From Chloroflexota bacterium (GTDB lineage Bacteria; Chloroflexota; Dormibacteria; CF-121), in assembly GCA_005882045.1 (NCBI GenBank), contig VBHO01000145.1, positions 38 through 64,037 on the forward strand: a stretch of DNA of 64,000 nucleotides, given 5' to 3'. Below, in pieces: positions 1 to 11,726 of the stretch (within the stretch, counting starts at the first letter, position 1; every line of letters starts with the position of its first letter). The notes beneath the pieces were generated by a model. It saw only the letters and a program-made list of their open reading frames with translations. It searched no databases and was not told where the DNA came from. The position numbers were made by a program, and so were the translations under genes.

Positions 1-272
1 GCAAGGGCGAGGAAGCCGAAGCCGCCAAACACCAGCGCCGGGCTGCCGAACCAGAGGGTGAAGAAGGCGACGACGCCCAGAACCACCACCGCCAGATACG
101 CAATCCTGGAGATGAGCAAGGCAACCTGTGCGTCGATGTGCGGCCGCTTGAGCTGCTTTCGCAATGCCCCTCGAGCCAGGCTGGCGATAACGAAGCTGAG
201 CAGGAGAAGCAGGATGCCCTCGACGAATCGGGCCCACGGCTCGTTCCAGTGCTGGGTTATCCAGTCCCACAT
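1..272 (-). CDS. MscS-family mechanosensitive channel, N-terminal part (gene runs off window start)
   Basis: Minus-strand frame open to position 1 with ATG at 272-270; translation MWDWITQHWNEPWARFVEGILLLLLSFVIASLARG...AYLAVVVLGVVAFFTLWFGSPALVFGGFGF has the N-terminal TM helices typical of small-conductance mechanosensitive channels. Absent from the ORF track because no stop lies in the window. Confidence 0.45.
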   Translation of the reverse strand, partial: MWDWITQHWNEPWARFVEGILLLLLSFVIASLARGALRKQLKRPHIDAQVALLISRIAYLAVVVLGVVAFFTLWFGSPALVFGGFGFLAL

Positions 273-299
273 GGCGCCCATTGTAGGGACGCCCTGACG

Positions 300-908
300 T
301 CAGCTCTCGGCCGGGGCTTCGCCTTCGCCGGCGCCTTCCGCGGGAGCCTCGGTCTCGCCGACGGTCGGCACCTCGGCGGCAGCGGGCGCAGGCGCGACTT
401 CCTCGACCTCTTCGCGATGGGCCGCGACCTTTACGATCAGGTCGTCGGGCTCATCGAGGAACTCACATCCCGGTGGAACCTTCAGGTCTTTGACCCGGAT
501 CTCGTCGTCGATCTCCTTCAAACCGGAAACATCGACGGTGATGACCGGCGGCAGGTCGGTCGGCAGGCATTCCACCTTGAGCGCGTGCAGCCCACGCTGC
601 AGGTCGGCCTCACCCTTGGCGACGAGCTCGACCTCGCCCTCGATCTCGATGGGGACCTCCGACTCGATCTTCTCGGTCAGGTTGACCTGGTAGAAGTCCA
701 CGTGGAGCAGATCACCATTGCGAGGGCTCCGTTGCACCTCCCGGATCAGCGCCTTTCGGACCGGCTCGTCGCCCAGCTGGAGGTCGACGAGCTGGTTGCC
801 GCCGACCTTCTGATAGGCCTTGACGAACTCCCGTCCATCCACCAACACCGTCACGGCGTCGACGTTGTGCCCGTAGACGACGGCGGGGAGGCGCCCCTGG
901 CGACGCAA
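300..908 (-). CDS. rplY: 50S ribosomal protein L25 / general stress protein Ctc
   Basis: 202-aa ORF with the RQGRLPAVVYG...DVDAVTV...FYQVNL motif block of bL25 and an acidic Ala/Glu-rich C-terminal tail. The tool start at 908 is TTG. The frame stays open upstream to 977 (TLKLEPRADRGRHLQTLRR is typical of the L25 N-terminus) with no canonical start there. Confidence 0.85.
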   Translation of the reverse strand: MRRQGRLPAVVYGHNVDAVTVLVDGREFVKAYQKVGGNQLVDLQLGDEPVRKALIREVQRSPRNGDLLHVDFYQVNLTEKIESEVPIEIEGEVELVAKGEADLQRGLHALKVECLPTDLPPVITVDVSGLKEIDDEIRVKDLKVPPGCEFLDEPDDLIVKVAAHREEVEEVAPAPAAAEVPTVGETEAPAEGAGEGEAPAES

Positions 909-1110
909 CGTCTGGAGGTGACGGCCACGATCGGCGCGGGGCTCGAGTTTGAGTGTGACGGGAGTGGCAGTCGCCAGTTACAATCCTCCTTCGGCTCGAA
1001 TTGAGCGGCGCCCATGTTAACACAGTGTTTGGCGCCCGCTGCAGGGGCCTTCACCGGAACTTTTGCGCCGTTTGGCCGTTACTGAGTGTGCAAGATGGAC
1101 CTAAAATCGG

Positions 1111-2400
1111 GTGACAACGGTGCTGGTAGGAACTCTTAGACTGCTGCGCCAGAATGCGCTCCGGATCGGGGTGGTCCTTGGGACCTTCGCGCTGGTCGTC
1201 GCCCTGATCCTCGTCCAGCAGATGCGCGAGGCGTTTGCGGAGCAGGATTTCCACGCCGCGCGGGCCCAGGTACTGGCGGCCCAGAGCCATGCCCGCGAGG
1301 TCGGGCTCGATGCCGCCGAATACTCGGACCTGCAGCGCCAGGAGTTGACGACCGCCAGCGCGGCCCCGCCCTCCACCTCAGCCCCCTTCAACCAGGATCG
1401 GATCGCCTTCTTCAGCCGGGCGGCCACCCAGGAAGCCCAGATCAAGGAGCAGTTGGATACGCGGGTACAGAAGTTGCTCACCGAGACCCGTGATGCCGCC
1501 CAGGCGGCGGTCACCCAGCTCTCCGGGGAGATGCAGAAGGCGAAGCAAATCGGTGTCGACGACCAGCTGATGGTCGAATTCGATGGCCTGCCGTCGAAGG
1601 CGCAGATCGAGGTCGACGTGGCGACCACCGTCCACGCCTACCGGGCAGTGAGCGCCGAGTTGAAGGCACCGGTCTCGAAGCTCGCCTTGATCATCGCCGA
1701 CCAGCAGGCGACCAACACGCTGGTCGCGCAGTATGTGGAGCAAGCCGCCGCCCAGGACCACGGCGATCCGGCCGTCGCCCGTACCGGCGCCAACGCCGCG
1801 CTGGCGCAGGTTCAAGCCGACCTCCAGACCGCCCGGATCTTCCAGATGGACGTCTCGGTCGTCGACCTCCATGTCCAGAAGCTGGCCGCGAAGTTGAGCA
1901 CGGTCACCACGACCGCCGACCTGGAGCAGGTCAACGGCGGACTGCAGGTGCAGGACAAGGTGCTGCAAGACGCGATGACCCGGACCTTGCCGGACAAGGC
2001 GCTGACGATCTCGCTCAGCGAACAGGTGATTCGCGCCTATGAGCACGGCCAGCAGGTTTTCTGGAGTTACGTGACAACTGGCCGCCCCGGCCTGGAGACC
2101 GATCCTGGCAACTTCAAGGTGTACTGGAAAGTCTCACCCTGGACGATGCATTCGCCCTGGCCCAAAGGCTCACCCTACTGGTACCCCGACAGCAAGGTGC
2201 AGATGGTCATGTGGTTCAACGGTGGCGATGGCATCCACGACGCCTCCTGGCGCTCCCGCTACGGCCCCGGGACCAACGGCCCGCACTATGACCCGACCGG
2301 CGAGGACACGGGCACCCATGGCTGCGTCAACGTCCCGTTCAGAAACATGCTCTGGCTGTGGAACTGGACGCCGACCGGCACCCAGGTCATCGTCTACTAG
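1111..2400 (+). CDS. L,D-transpeptidase family protein (membrane-anchored, YkuD domain at C-terminus)
   Basis: GTG start. N-terminal TM helix, long coiled-coil/Ala-Gln-rich region, and a C-terminus with the YkuD catalytic signature ...DTGTHGCVNVPF... (His/Cys active site). Confidence 0.7.
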   Translation: MTTVLVGTLRLLRQNALRIGVVLGTFALVVALILVQQMREAFAEQDFHAARAQVLAAQSHAREVGLDAAEYSDLQRQELTTASAAPPSTSAPFNQDRIAFFSRAATQEAQIKEQLDTRVQKLLTETRDAAQAAVTQLSGEMQKAKQIGVDDQLMVEFDGLPSKAQIEVDVATTVHAYRAVSAELKAPVSKLALIIADQQATNTLVAQYVEQAAAQDHGDPAVARTGANAALAQVQADLQTARIFQMDVSVVDLHVQKLAAKLSTVTTTADLEQVNGGLQVQDKVLQDAMTRTLPDKALTISLSEQVIRAYEHGQQVFWSYVTTGRPGLETDPGNFKVYWKVSPWTMHSPWPKGSPYWYPDSKVQMVMWFNGGDGIHDASWRSRYGPGTNGPHYDPTGEDTGTHGCVNVPFRNMLWLWNWTPTGTQVIVY

Positions 2401-2501
2401 GCAACCGCCCTCGCCGTCTACGCGCTTTGCCGTAGCGATCCGGTCCGAAGGACGCAGAGCCCTTTAACGATCGCCGGCGTTACAGAAGGTGGAGCTCTTT
2501 T

Positions 2502-2720
2502 ATGGCCATAGCCCACCCAACCATGCACCAGGTCGCACCGCATACCTGGACCTTCCAGCCCTCGGAAGTCCCGGTGGCCCCGATGAAGGCGAATTGCCGC
2601 GCCTGCCGCCAGGCGGTCGGCATCCTGCGCCCGTCGGCGATGGATTTGAAAACCGGAAACTACGTCGTCCGGGGCGAGTGCGAGCGCTGCGGTTCCGAAG
2701 TTCTGCTGATCCTCAGCTGA
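2502..2720 (+). CDS. small zinc-ribbon protein (hypothetical, 72 aa)
   Basis: AGAAGGTGGAG Shine-Dalgarno 7 nt upstream of ATG. Two CxxC pairs (CRAC ... CERC) about 25 residues apart. Convergent with the MBL gene, 8-bp overlap. Confidence 0.4.
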   Translation: MAIAHPTMHQVAPHTWTFQPSEVPVAPMKANCRACRQAVGILRPSAMDLKTGNYVVRGECERCGSEVLLILS

Positions 2721-3555
2721 CCGGTTCGAAGCCCTCGCCGGTCCAGTAGCCGAGCATCTGCTCGGTCTCGTGATACAGCCAGATCAGCTGGCGCTCCTTC
2801 GCCGCCTCGTTGAGGAACGCGGCCTTGCGTTCCATAGCCTCCAGCGGAAAGAGGTCGAGTGCACTGACCCAGTTCGCCTTCAGAAAGGCGCGCATGAAGA
2901 GGAAGTCGCCGGTGAAGACGACCGTCTGCTCCTGGTCCTGGACATAGACCGCCTGGTGGCCTGCGGTATGACCGCCGGTGACCCGCACCCGCACGCCAGG
3001 CGCGACCTCCCGGTCGCCGTCGACGATGTGCAGGCGCCCTTCCTCCTCCAGGAGGCGGAGGTTCTCGGCTTTGTAGGATGGTCTGCTGCGCGGATCGGGC
3101 TGGCGCCAGGCCTCCAGCTCCCGGGCCTGGACGACGTGACGCGCCCGCGGGAAAAGGGGCGTCAGCTCGCCATCGCGCCCGGGCGTGATCAGGGCGCCCA
3201 CGTGGTCGAAGTGCAGGTGGCTGAGCACGACGAGGTCGATATCCTGCGGCGTCAGCCCGGCGCTGGCGAGCGCGTCGGGAAGACCGGGATCGCGCTCATA
3301 GGCGTAGATCTCCCGTTCCTTCTCCGAGAGCTTCGGTCCGATACCGGCCTCGATCAGGATGTTGGCGTCCGGCGTCCGCACCAGGAGGCAGTTGGTAGCC
3401 ATCAGGATGCGGTTGCGGGCATCCGGGGTCTTCAGCTTTTCCCACATCACTTTCGGGACCACGCCGAAAACGGCGCCGCCGTCCATCCGCCAGTGCCCGT
3501 CGCTCAGACAGTGGAGCTCGAAACGCCCCAGCTTGCGCGGCGCGGCCGCGATCAC
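2713..3555 (-). CDS. MBL-fold metallo-hydrolase
   Basis: HxHxDH zinc motif (SHLHFDHVG) and downstream His/Asp ligands. ATGA overlap with the upstream B12-binding subunit gene places it in the mutase operon. Confidence 0.8.
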   Translation of the reverse strand: MIAAAPRKLGRFELHCLSDGHWRMDGGAVFGVVPKVMWEKLKTPDARNRILMATNCLLVRTPDANILIEAGIGPKLSEKEREIYAYERDPGLPDALASAGLTPQDIDLVVLSHLHFDHVGALITPGRDGELTPLFPRARHVVQARELEAWRQPDPRSRPSYKAENLRLLEEEGRLHIVDGDREVAPGVRVRVTGGHTAGHQAVYVQDQEQTVVFTGDFLFMRAFLKANWVSALDLFPLEAMERKAAFLNEAAKERQLIWLYHETEQMLGYWTGEGFEPVS

Positions 3556-3944
3556 GCGGCTTTGAATCCCTTGTTGACGAAATCGATGATCGACTTGAGA
3601 GAGGTGCCGGGACCGAAGATCTCGACCACGCCCATCTTCTTCAGCTCCGTGGCATCGTCTTGCGGGATGATGCCACCGCCGAAGACCACGATGTCGGTGG
3701 CGTTACGCTCCTTGAGCAGCTCGAGGATGCGGGGGATCAGTGTCATGTGCGCCCCGCTATGCAGGCTTACGCCGATGGCGTCGACGTCTTCCTGGATGGC
3801 GGCCTCGACCACCATCTCCGGTGTCTGGCGCAGGCCGGCGTAGATGACCTCGACCCCGGCATCGCGCAGCGCGCGCGACACCACTTTCACCCCGCGGTCG
3901 TGGCCGTCGAGGCCGACCTTGGCCGTGAGGACTCGGGCCGTCAT
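3552..3944 (-). CDS. methylmalonyl-CoA mutase small subunit / cobalamin-binding domain protein
   Basis: 130 aa with the B12-binding DxHxxG motif (LDGHDRG) and a Rossmann-like GG...G layout, directly downstream of the mutase large subunit. Confidence 0.85.
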   Translation of the reverse strand: MTARVLTAKVGLDGHDRGVKVVSRALRDAGVEVIYAGLRQTPEMVVEAAIQEDVDAIGVSLHSGAHMTLIPRILELLKERNATDIVVFGGGIIPQDDATELKKMGVVEIFGPGTSLKSIIDFVNKGFKAA

Positions 3945-4030
3945 GGCCGCATCACGTAGAGGAGCACGATGACGACCACCGCCAGCACGGCAAGAACCCG
4001 ACCGATGATCGAGAAGCGCAGGCGCATCAT

Positions 4031-5682
<1,652 letters not shown>

Positions 5683-5683
<1 letters not shown>

Positions 5684-6630
5684 CAGCTGCCTCCTTGCGG
5701 CGCCCGCTGTCCGAGGACCTCCTCGGCAAGGGCGTACGGGTTTAGTTTCCCATTCCGGTTCTCGCGGAGCCGGCGGCCGACGGCCGTGTCCCCGTCCAGC
5801 ACCCGGCGTGCGTCTTCACGGGCGCGGTCGGCGACCAGCGCCACCACTTCTTGCTTCAGACGCTGCTGCCGGCGGGTGGCGAGGGTTCCGCTTTCTTTGA
5901 GGTAGGCCTGGTGTTGGAGGACGGCATCCCACACCTGATCGATCCCCTCCTCCTTGACGGCGCTGGCCAGCACGATGGGTGGCCGCCAGGCCTGCTTGGG
6001 TCCGAGCCCGATGGCGTCCTGGATCAGGCGCCGCGTCTTCTCCGCACCACCGAGGTCGGTCTTGTTGATCACAAAGACGTCGGCGATCTCCAGGATGCCG
6101 GCCTTGATGCTCTGCACCGCATCGCCCGACTCCGGCATCAGGACGAGGACGACCGTATCGCAGATGGTCGAGATCTCGAGCTCCGACTGGCCGACGCCGA
6201 CGGTTTCCACCAGCACCACATCGCGACCATAGGCATCGAGCAGGTGGATCGCCTCCCGCGTCGCTGCCGCCAGCCCGCCCAGGTGCCCGCGGGCGCCCAT
6301 GCTGCGGATGAAGACGCCCTTGTCCAGCGTGTGGCGGGCCATCCGAATGCGGTCACCGAGGACGGCGCCCCCGGTGAACGGGCTGCTGGGGTCAACGGCG
6401 ATTACCCCCACCGTCTGCTGCCGGTCGCGAATCACCTTGACCAGGGCGTCGGCCAGGGTGCTCTTGCCCGTGCCCGGCGCGCCGGTCAATCCGACCAGGT
6501 AGGCGTTGCCGGTGTGCGGCTGCAGGTCGGCCACCAGCTGGCTCGCCTGCGGATCCCGATCTTCCGCCAGGCTGATGGCCCGCGCCAGCGCCCGGACATC
6601 GCCGGAAAGCAGGGCGCCGGCCAAACTCAT
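5683..6630 (-). CDS. meaB: methylmalonyl-CoA mutase-associated GTPase MeaB (ArgK family)
   Basis: P-loop [12 protein letters not shown], switch motifs, NKTD G4 motif, ~315 aa, sits immediately upstream of the mutase. Confidence 0.9.
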
Positions 6631-6671
6631 TTCGAATTCATCCTAGCAGCGCGCCTTTGCGCTGGCGACGC

Positions 6672-8096
6672 CTAGGTCTTGCCCGGCGCTGGGAAGGTTT
6701 TCAAGGTGAAATCCGAGCCCAGGACGACCGTCACGCTCGCCCCGCTGGACGGCGCTGGCACGGTCGTCACCACCGCGCCGAAGTAATCCTGCAGCCAGGC
6801 GACGGTGGCGGCCGCCCGGCCACCCGACCCGTCCAGGATCTGGGTCTGGGCGACCCGCTGGGCCGCGGGTGGTCCCAGCGTCGCGCCCCAGCCTTCCGCC
6901 TGGAGGAGCGCCGTCATGATGCTGGCCGGGGTGCCGATGCCGTAGGGGAGCCAGTAGCGGCGGCTGCCATCCTGCACCTGGAAGGGGACCTGCGTGGCCA
7001 GCGCCGATCGGTCTGGCAGCGCCGTCGCCACGTAGCGATGCAAGGCGCCATAGCTGGGGTCGAGCGGCTGCAGGACGTACTGGCCGCTGCTGCTGAAGCC
7101 GCTCCGGAGAAGGTTCGAGGTATCGATCGCCACCCGCCGGATGTCCTGGTCCTTGATCCGCCCGGCGAGTGACGCGAGCTGCTGCATCTCCGCCGGGCGC
7201 AGGTTGGTTCGCACGTTGTCCTGCAGCGCACCCAACAGCGACAGCAGACGAGGAATGGCATTCAGGGAGAAGACGCGCTGCCGCACCGCGAGCATGATCA
7301 GCTGCTGGCGGCGCGAGCGGTCGAAGTCGGAGGTCGTTTCCCGGGATCGCGCATACTCGAGCGCCCGCTCGCCGTCGAATTGTTGCGCACCGGCATCGAT
7401 TCGGATATGCATCATCCCGGTCGACTCCCCCGCGGGAAAGAAGGGATCGTCCAGGGTGGTTGGGACGTCGACCTTGATGCCGCCGACGGCATTGACGACG
7501 TCGCGGAAGGCCTTGAAATCGACCCCCACCCAGTAGCCGATCGGCTGTCCTGTCACCTGCGACACGGTCGCCGCCGCCAGGTCGCCACCGCCGGTGTCGG
7601 TCTTCCAGTCGCTGCGCACATTGGGGTAATTGCGATGATCGATCCCGATGGCGTAGGCGCTGTTGAGCTTGCCCATCATGTAGCGGTTGTTGGGCAGGGC
7701 CGGGATCTTCACCCAGAGGTCCCTGGGCAGCGAGATCATGATGGCCTCGTGGCTGCCGGGCCGAATCGAGAGGAGCATGACGGAGTCGGTCAGGTACGGC
7801 CCGTCGTGGCCCGGCCCTCCATAGCCCAGCAGGAGAACGTTGATGCGCTCGTCATGCTTGATCTTCCAGCCCAGCGAGCCAGGATCGTCGGTCTGCGCAT
7901 GCACCATCGTGATCAGGTCAGCTGGTTGGGCACGCGGGGAGATGGCATGGATGGCGGACCAGACTCGAAAAACGCCGAGCCCCGCGATCAGCACGGCGGC
8001 CCCGGCCAGCAGGGCCACTGCGGAGCGGGCGGATCGCCACCCGCCTGCCGGGCCGAGCGCAACCGATGCGCGCCGCCGGCGTGGTTCACTTCCCAA
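6672..8096 (-). CDS. LCP family protein (LytR-CpsA-Psr cell-envelope phosphotransferase)
   Basis: N-terminal TM anchor. LCP-core signature block ...NVLLLGYGGPGHDGPYLTDSVMLLSIRPGS...ISLPRDLWVKIP...FDGERALEYARSR... C-terminal LytR_C-like extension. Confidence 0.75.
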   Translation of the reverse strand: MGSEPRRRRASVALGPAGGWRSARSAVALLAGAAVLIAGLGVFRVWSAIHAISPRAQPADLITMVHAQTDDPGSLGWKIKHDERINVLLLGYGGPGHDGPYLTDSVMLLSIRPGSHEAIMISLPRDLWVKIPALPNNRYMMGKLNSAYAIGIDHRNYPNVRSDWKTDTGGGDLAAATVSQVTGQPIGYWVGVDFKAFRDVVNAVGGIKVDVPTTLDDPFFPAGESTGMMHIRIDAGAQQFDGERALEYARSRETTSDFDRSRRQQLIMLAVRQRVFSLNAIPRLLSLLGALQDNVRTNLRPAEMQQLASLAGRIKDQDIRRVAIDTSNLLRSGFSSSGQYVLQPLDPSYGALHRYVATALPDRSALATQVPFQVQDGSRRYWLPYGIGTPASIMTALLQAEGWGATLGPPAAQRVAQTQILDGSGGRAAATVAWLQDYFGAVVTTVPAPSSGASVTVVLGSDFTLKTFPAPGKT

Positions 8097-8172
8097 GAGC
8101 AGCCGTCAGTCTAGCGAAAATTTGATGGCGGAGCGCGCCGGTTTGTGAAGACGCTCCGTAAGATGGTCGACG

Positions 8173-9063
8173 ATGCAAGGGACGCCTGGGCTTCGGCGGC
8201 GCCACGGCCTCTTCCTCGTCCCTCCGCGCATGCTCTTGCTGACCTTCGGGCTGCTCGCGGTCGTCCTGGGGGCCTTCAACCTGTTTCACGAGCTCCATTC
8301 CAAGCAAGTCGATGCGCTGTACAGCATCATCGCGATCGTCGTCGGCGTTGTGTGGCTGGCCTGCATCGTCGCGGCTTTTCGCGGCAACCCGATCGGTGTC
8401 TTCGGTACAGCTTTGATCGCCTTCGTGGAGCTCGGCGTCATCAGCCAGGGGCATTTCTCGTCGAGCGCGGGGGCCATCGGCAGCTATGTGCGACTGGAGG
8501 GACTTCCGGTCGCCACCGCCCTCATGGGCCTGGTGCTCGCGTGCGTCCTCGCGATCATGGCCGCGATCGCTGGTTGGGGCCACACCGCCGAGTACTCCAG
8601 GCAGCGCGAGACCCTGCCGCTCTTGATCGTCGCCGTCATCGGCACGGTGCTGGCCATCCTGGAGGCAACCGATAATGTGCATCTCGCGGGCAACGCCTTG
8701 CCCGGGTTCGGCAAGACATCCGCCGAGGATGGTGCCTTCGTCGCCGCGCTGACCGCCTCGCTCTGGCTGGCCGGCGGTCTGTGGATCGCGCGGATGCGTC
8801 GCACCGGCGCCGTTTTGGTCGCGATCGCCACCTTCGGGGTCTGCTATTCCTTTGCCACGCTGCACCTGGCCAAAGGTGGAACGAGCCTAAGCCTGATCGC
8901 AACCAAGAGCGGTCTGATCTGGGCGGTCATCGCGGTCACGGTTGCTGTCCTCGGCGCGGCGTCGCTCCTGGCGGCGCTCGTCTTCTTCGCCCTCGCCGTC
9001 ATGCCGCCCCGCAGGTCGAAAGCCGCGCCCGCGGCCCCGGCTACCCAGCGCTCCAGCGGCTGA
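8173..9063 (+). CDS. hypothetical polytopic membrane protein (~8 TM helices)
   Basis: High third-position GC and eight clear hydrophobic helices. No recognisable catalytic motif. Start uncertain (an alternative ATG at ~8230 opens the first helix). Confidence 0.45.
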   Translation: MQGTPGLRRRHGLFLVPPRMLLLTFGLLAVVLGAFNLFHELHSKQVDALYSIIAIVVGVVWLACIVAAFRGNPIGVFGTALIAFVELGVISQGHFSSSAGAIGSYVRLEGLPVATALMGLVLACVLAIMAAIAGWGHTAEYSRQRETLPLLIVAVIGTVLAILEATDNVHLAGNALPGFGKTSAEDGAFVAALTASLWLAGGLWIARMRRTGAVLVAIATFGVCYSFATLHLAKGGTSLSLIATKSGLIWAVIAVTVAVLGAASLLAALVFFALAVMPPRRSKAAPAAPATQRSSG

Positions 9064-9105
9064 CCAACCCGACAGGAAACGACCTGCCGTTCTCGTCATT
9101 CAAGC

Positions 9106-9687
9106 ATGGATCGCTGGCGCCGGCTCGCCCCTTCAGGCATCGATCGTTGGCCGCGGATCGCCGCCGCCTTGATCGGCCGGCTGTCGCCGTTGCGCCGGGT
9201 ACCCGGGCTGCTCTGGCGGATGCCGACTCAGGCCAAAGCTGCTGCGACAGGCGTGATCGTCGTGCTCCTGGTCATCGCCAGCGTCCTGTTCGTTCGCAAC
9301 CCGGCCGGCCCGTTCGGCCGAATCGAGCCGCTACCGCCCAGCGACGGAACCCATACCCGGATACCGGTCCTCGGCCCCGGCCATCGTTTCCTGTTCTTCC
9401 CGGTCTCCGGCCGGGTGACGGCCGGCCTGAAGTACCGCTATGTCCTGCTGACCCATTGCGGCCTCGATTACCCGACCGGACCGGACTTCGATGGCAGCTT
9501 CTGGGACGCCGTTGACTCGATGCAGCGAGATAAGCTCACGAATCCCCCACCCGGCTTTGCCCAGCCAGAGGACGTCGGATACATGATCCTGGTGTCGCCG
9601 GACACCGCCGAATTCCACTCGTCGGCGGGCGGGGTTGCGCGCTACACGCGCCGCACCAAAGCGCTGATCGCCGGCCTCTGCATATAA
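9106..9687 (+). CDS. hypothetical membrane-anchored protein
   Basis: Coding-like codon bias. One N-terminal TM helix (VIVVLLVIASVLFV) followed by a ~150-aa extracytoplasmic domain with no recognisable motif. The true start may be the internal ATG near 9220. Confidence 0.4.
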   Translation: MDRWRRLAPSGIDRWPRIAAALIGRLSPLRRVPGLLWRMPTQAKAAATGVIVVLLVIASVLFVRNPAGPFGRIEPLPPSDGTHTRIPVLGPGHRFLFFPVSGRVTAGLKYRYVLLTHCGLDYPTGPDFDGSFWDAVDSMQRDKLTNPPPGFAQPEDVGYMILVSPDTAEFHSSAGGVARYTRRTKALIAGLCI

Positions 9688-9699
9688 GCCCGTGATAAA

Positions 9700-10575
9700 T
9701 CAGTCGGCCAAGCGGCTGCCGTCCGGGCCGTAGCGATAGAAGCCACGACCGGTCTTGCGCCCGAAATGGCCGGCGTCGACCAGCTGGCGTAGCAACGGCG
9801 GCGCGGCGAATCTCGCATCGTGCAGGCCCTCGTAGAGGACGCCGCAGATATAGAGGTGCGTGTCGAGGCCGACGAAGTCGGCTAGCTCCAGCGGGCCCAT
9901 CGGGTGGTGCAGACCGAGCCTTGCCCCCTGGTCGATGTCCTCACGGGTTCCGATCCCCTCCATCAGGGCCCGGATCGCCTCGTTGATGAATGGCACCAGC
10001 ATCCGGTTGACGATGAAGCCGGGATAGTCGAGCGAGGTAATGGGCGTCTTGCTGAGCGAGCGCGAGAGCTCGAGGGTCGTCGCCAGCGTCGCGTCCGAGG
10101 TATCACGGCCGCGCGTCAGCTCCACCAGTGGCATCACCGGCACGGGGTTGAAGAAATGCATGCCGATGAAGCGGTTGGGCCGCTTGGTGGTGGCGGCCAT
10201 CCGGGTGATCGGTATCGACGAGGTGTTGCTGGCGAGGATCGCCTCCGGCTTGCAGACGCCGTCCAACCGCTTGAACAGGTCTTGCTTTACCTCGAAGTTC
10301 TCGGTGATGGCTTCGATCACGAAGTCGGCGCGGCCGGCGGCCTCGAGTGACGTCGTCGGATGCAGGCGACTCAGTGCGGTGTCGCGCTGGGCCGCGTCGA
10401 GCTTGCTTTTCTGCACCAGGCTGTCGAGCCGCTTCTTGATGTTCTCGACGCCACGGGCCACCAGCTTGTCGTCGACCTCCCGGAGCGTCACGTCGAAACC
10501 GCACGTGATGGCGGCCTGGGCGATGCCGGCTCCCATCAGACCGGCCCCGGCGACGTAGAGCTGTTTGATCGTCAC
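9700..10575 (-). CDS. hbd: 3-hydroxybutyryl-CoA / 3-hydroxyacyl-CoA dehydrogenase
   Basis: N-terminal NAD Rossmann motif VAGAGLMGAGIAQ, HFFNPVPVM block, ~290 aa. 4-nt overlap with the upstream ACAD gene. Confidence 0.85.
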   Translation of the reverse strand: MTIKQLYVAGAGLMGAGIAQAAITCGFDVTLREVDDKLVARGVENIKKRLDSLVQKSKLDAAQRDTALSRLHPTTSLEAAGRADFVIEAITENFEVKQDLFKRLDGVCKPEAILASNTSSIPITRMAATTKRPNRFIGMHFFNPVPVMPLVELTRGRDTSDATLATTLELSRSLSKTPITSLDYPGFIVNRMLVPFINEAIRALMEGIGTREDIDQGARLGLHHPMGPLELADFVGLDTHLYICGVLYEGLHDARFAAPPLLRQLVDAGHFGRKTGRGFYRYGPDGSRLAD

Positions 10576-11726
10576 GCCTTCTCCTTTAGCACTTCGCGGG
10601 CAATCACCAATCGTTGGATTTCGTTGGTCCCCTCGTAAATCTGGGTGATCTTCGCATCCCGCATCATGCGCTCGGCCGGGAAGTCGCGAAGGTAGCCGTA
10701 GCCACCGAGAATCTGCACGGCATCGGTGGTGACGCGCATCGCGGTGTCAGAAGCGAAGAGCTTGGCCATCGACGCGCCGGCGGTGATGCCGGGCAGGTCG
10801 CGGTCGAGCGCGTCCCCCGCGGCATAGGTCAAGGCGCGAGCCGCCTCGATCTGCGTCGCCATGTCGGCCAGCATGAACTGGATGCCCTGGAATTCCATGA
10901 TCGGCTTACCGAACTGTCGCCGCTCGCCGGCGTAGCGCCGAGCCAGGTCGAAGGCGCCCTCCGCAATACCGAGCGCCTGGGCCGCAATCGCGGGCCGGGA
11001 GTGATCGAGCACCTGCATCGCGAGCTTGAATCCCTCACCTTCGTTGCCCAGGCGGTTCGCCGCCGGCACCGCCATCTCTTCGAAGAAGAGCTGGGCGGTG
11101 GGTGATCCCCGGATCCCCATCTTTTTCTCCAGCTTGCCCAGCTTGAAACCCGGCATCGTCTTTTCGACGATGAAGGCGGAGATATCGCGCGCCGGCGTAT
11201 CGCCATCTTGATCGGTGCGTGCGAAGACGACGATCGTGTCCGCCACGCTCCCGCCCGTGATGAAGGTCTTCGAGCCGTTCATGACGTAGGTATCGCCGCG
11301 CTTGACGGCCCGGGTGCGCATCCCCCCGGCGTCCGATCCGGAGCCCGATTCGGTCAGGGCGAAGGCCGCCAGCTGCTCGCCGCGAGCCAGCGGCGGCAAG
11401 TACTTGCGCCTCTGTTCGTCGGTGCCACCCAGCCAGATCGGCAGGCTGCCGAGAGACTGGACACTCAGGATCAGGGAGGAGGTGACGCAGAACTTACTGA
11501 TCTCCTCGATCGCCACGAGCAGCGTGAGCGCGCTGCCGCTGACCCCGCCATAGTCGGGCGTGAACGGGATGGCGAGGATGTCGTGCTTGGCAAATAGATC
11601 TTTGATGTCCCAGGGAAATTCGCCGGATTCGTCGATCTCGGCCGCCCGCGGCTCGACCCGCTCCAGGCAGAGGTCGTGCACCATCTCGCGAATCTGCTGC
11701 TGCTCCTGGGTCAAGCTGAAGTCCAT
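10572..11726 (-). CDS. acyl-CoA dehydrogenase (short/branched-chain type)
   Basis: Begins [20 protein letters not shown] signature blocks ([23 protein letters not shown], catalytic Glu near the C-terminus). The tool ORF 10572..11972 carries an 82-aa artefactual N-extension. ATGA overlap with the upstream paralog at 11726. Confidence 0.85.
   Translation of the reverse strand: MDFSLTQEQQQIREMVHDLCLERVEPRAAEIDESGEFPWDIKDLFAKHDILAIPFTPDYGGVSGSALTLLVAIEEISKFCVTSSLILSVQSLGSLPIWLGGTDEQRRKYLPPLARGEQLAAFALTESGSGSDAGGMRTRAVKRGDTYVMNGSKTFITGGSVADTIVVFARTDQDGDTPARDISAFIVEKTMPGFKLGKLEKKMGIRGSPTAQLFFEEMAVPAANRLGNEGEGFKLAMQVLDHSRPAIAAQALGIAEGAFDLARRYAGERRQFGKPIMEFQGIQFMLADMATQIEAARALTYAAGDALDRDLPGITAGASMAKLFASDTAMRVTTDAVQILGGYGYLRDFPAERMMRDAKITQIYEGTNEIQRLVIAREVLKEKA

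Noticed and set aside
138-1004. 288-aa plus-strand ORF, and many similar long ORFs in the track (1378..2046, 2770..3843, 5851..6675, 7380..8114, 12104..13226, 20234..20911, 35336..36442, 41612..42469, 47287..48444, 51245..52339, 55571..57403 and others)
   Set aside because: They lie antisense to, or out of frame with, genes that have clear conserved motifs. Their Arg/Ala/Gly/Pro-rich low-complexity translations and lack of SD motifs are the usual artefacts of ~70% GC DNA.
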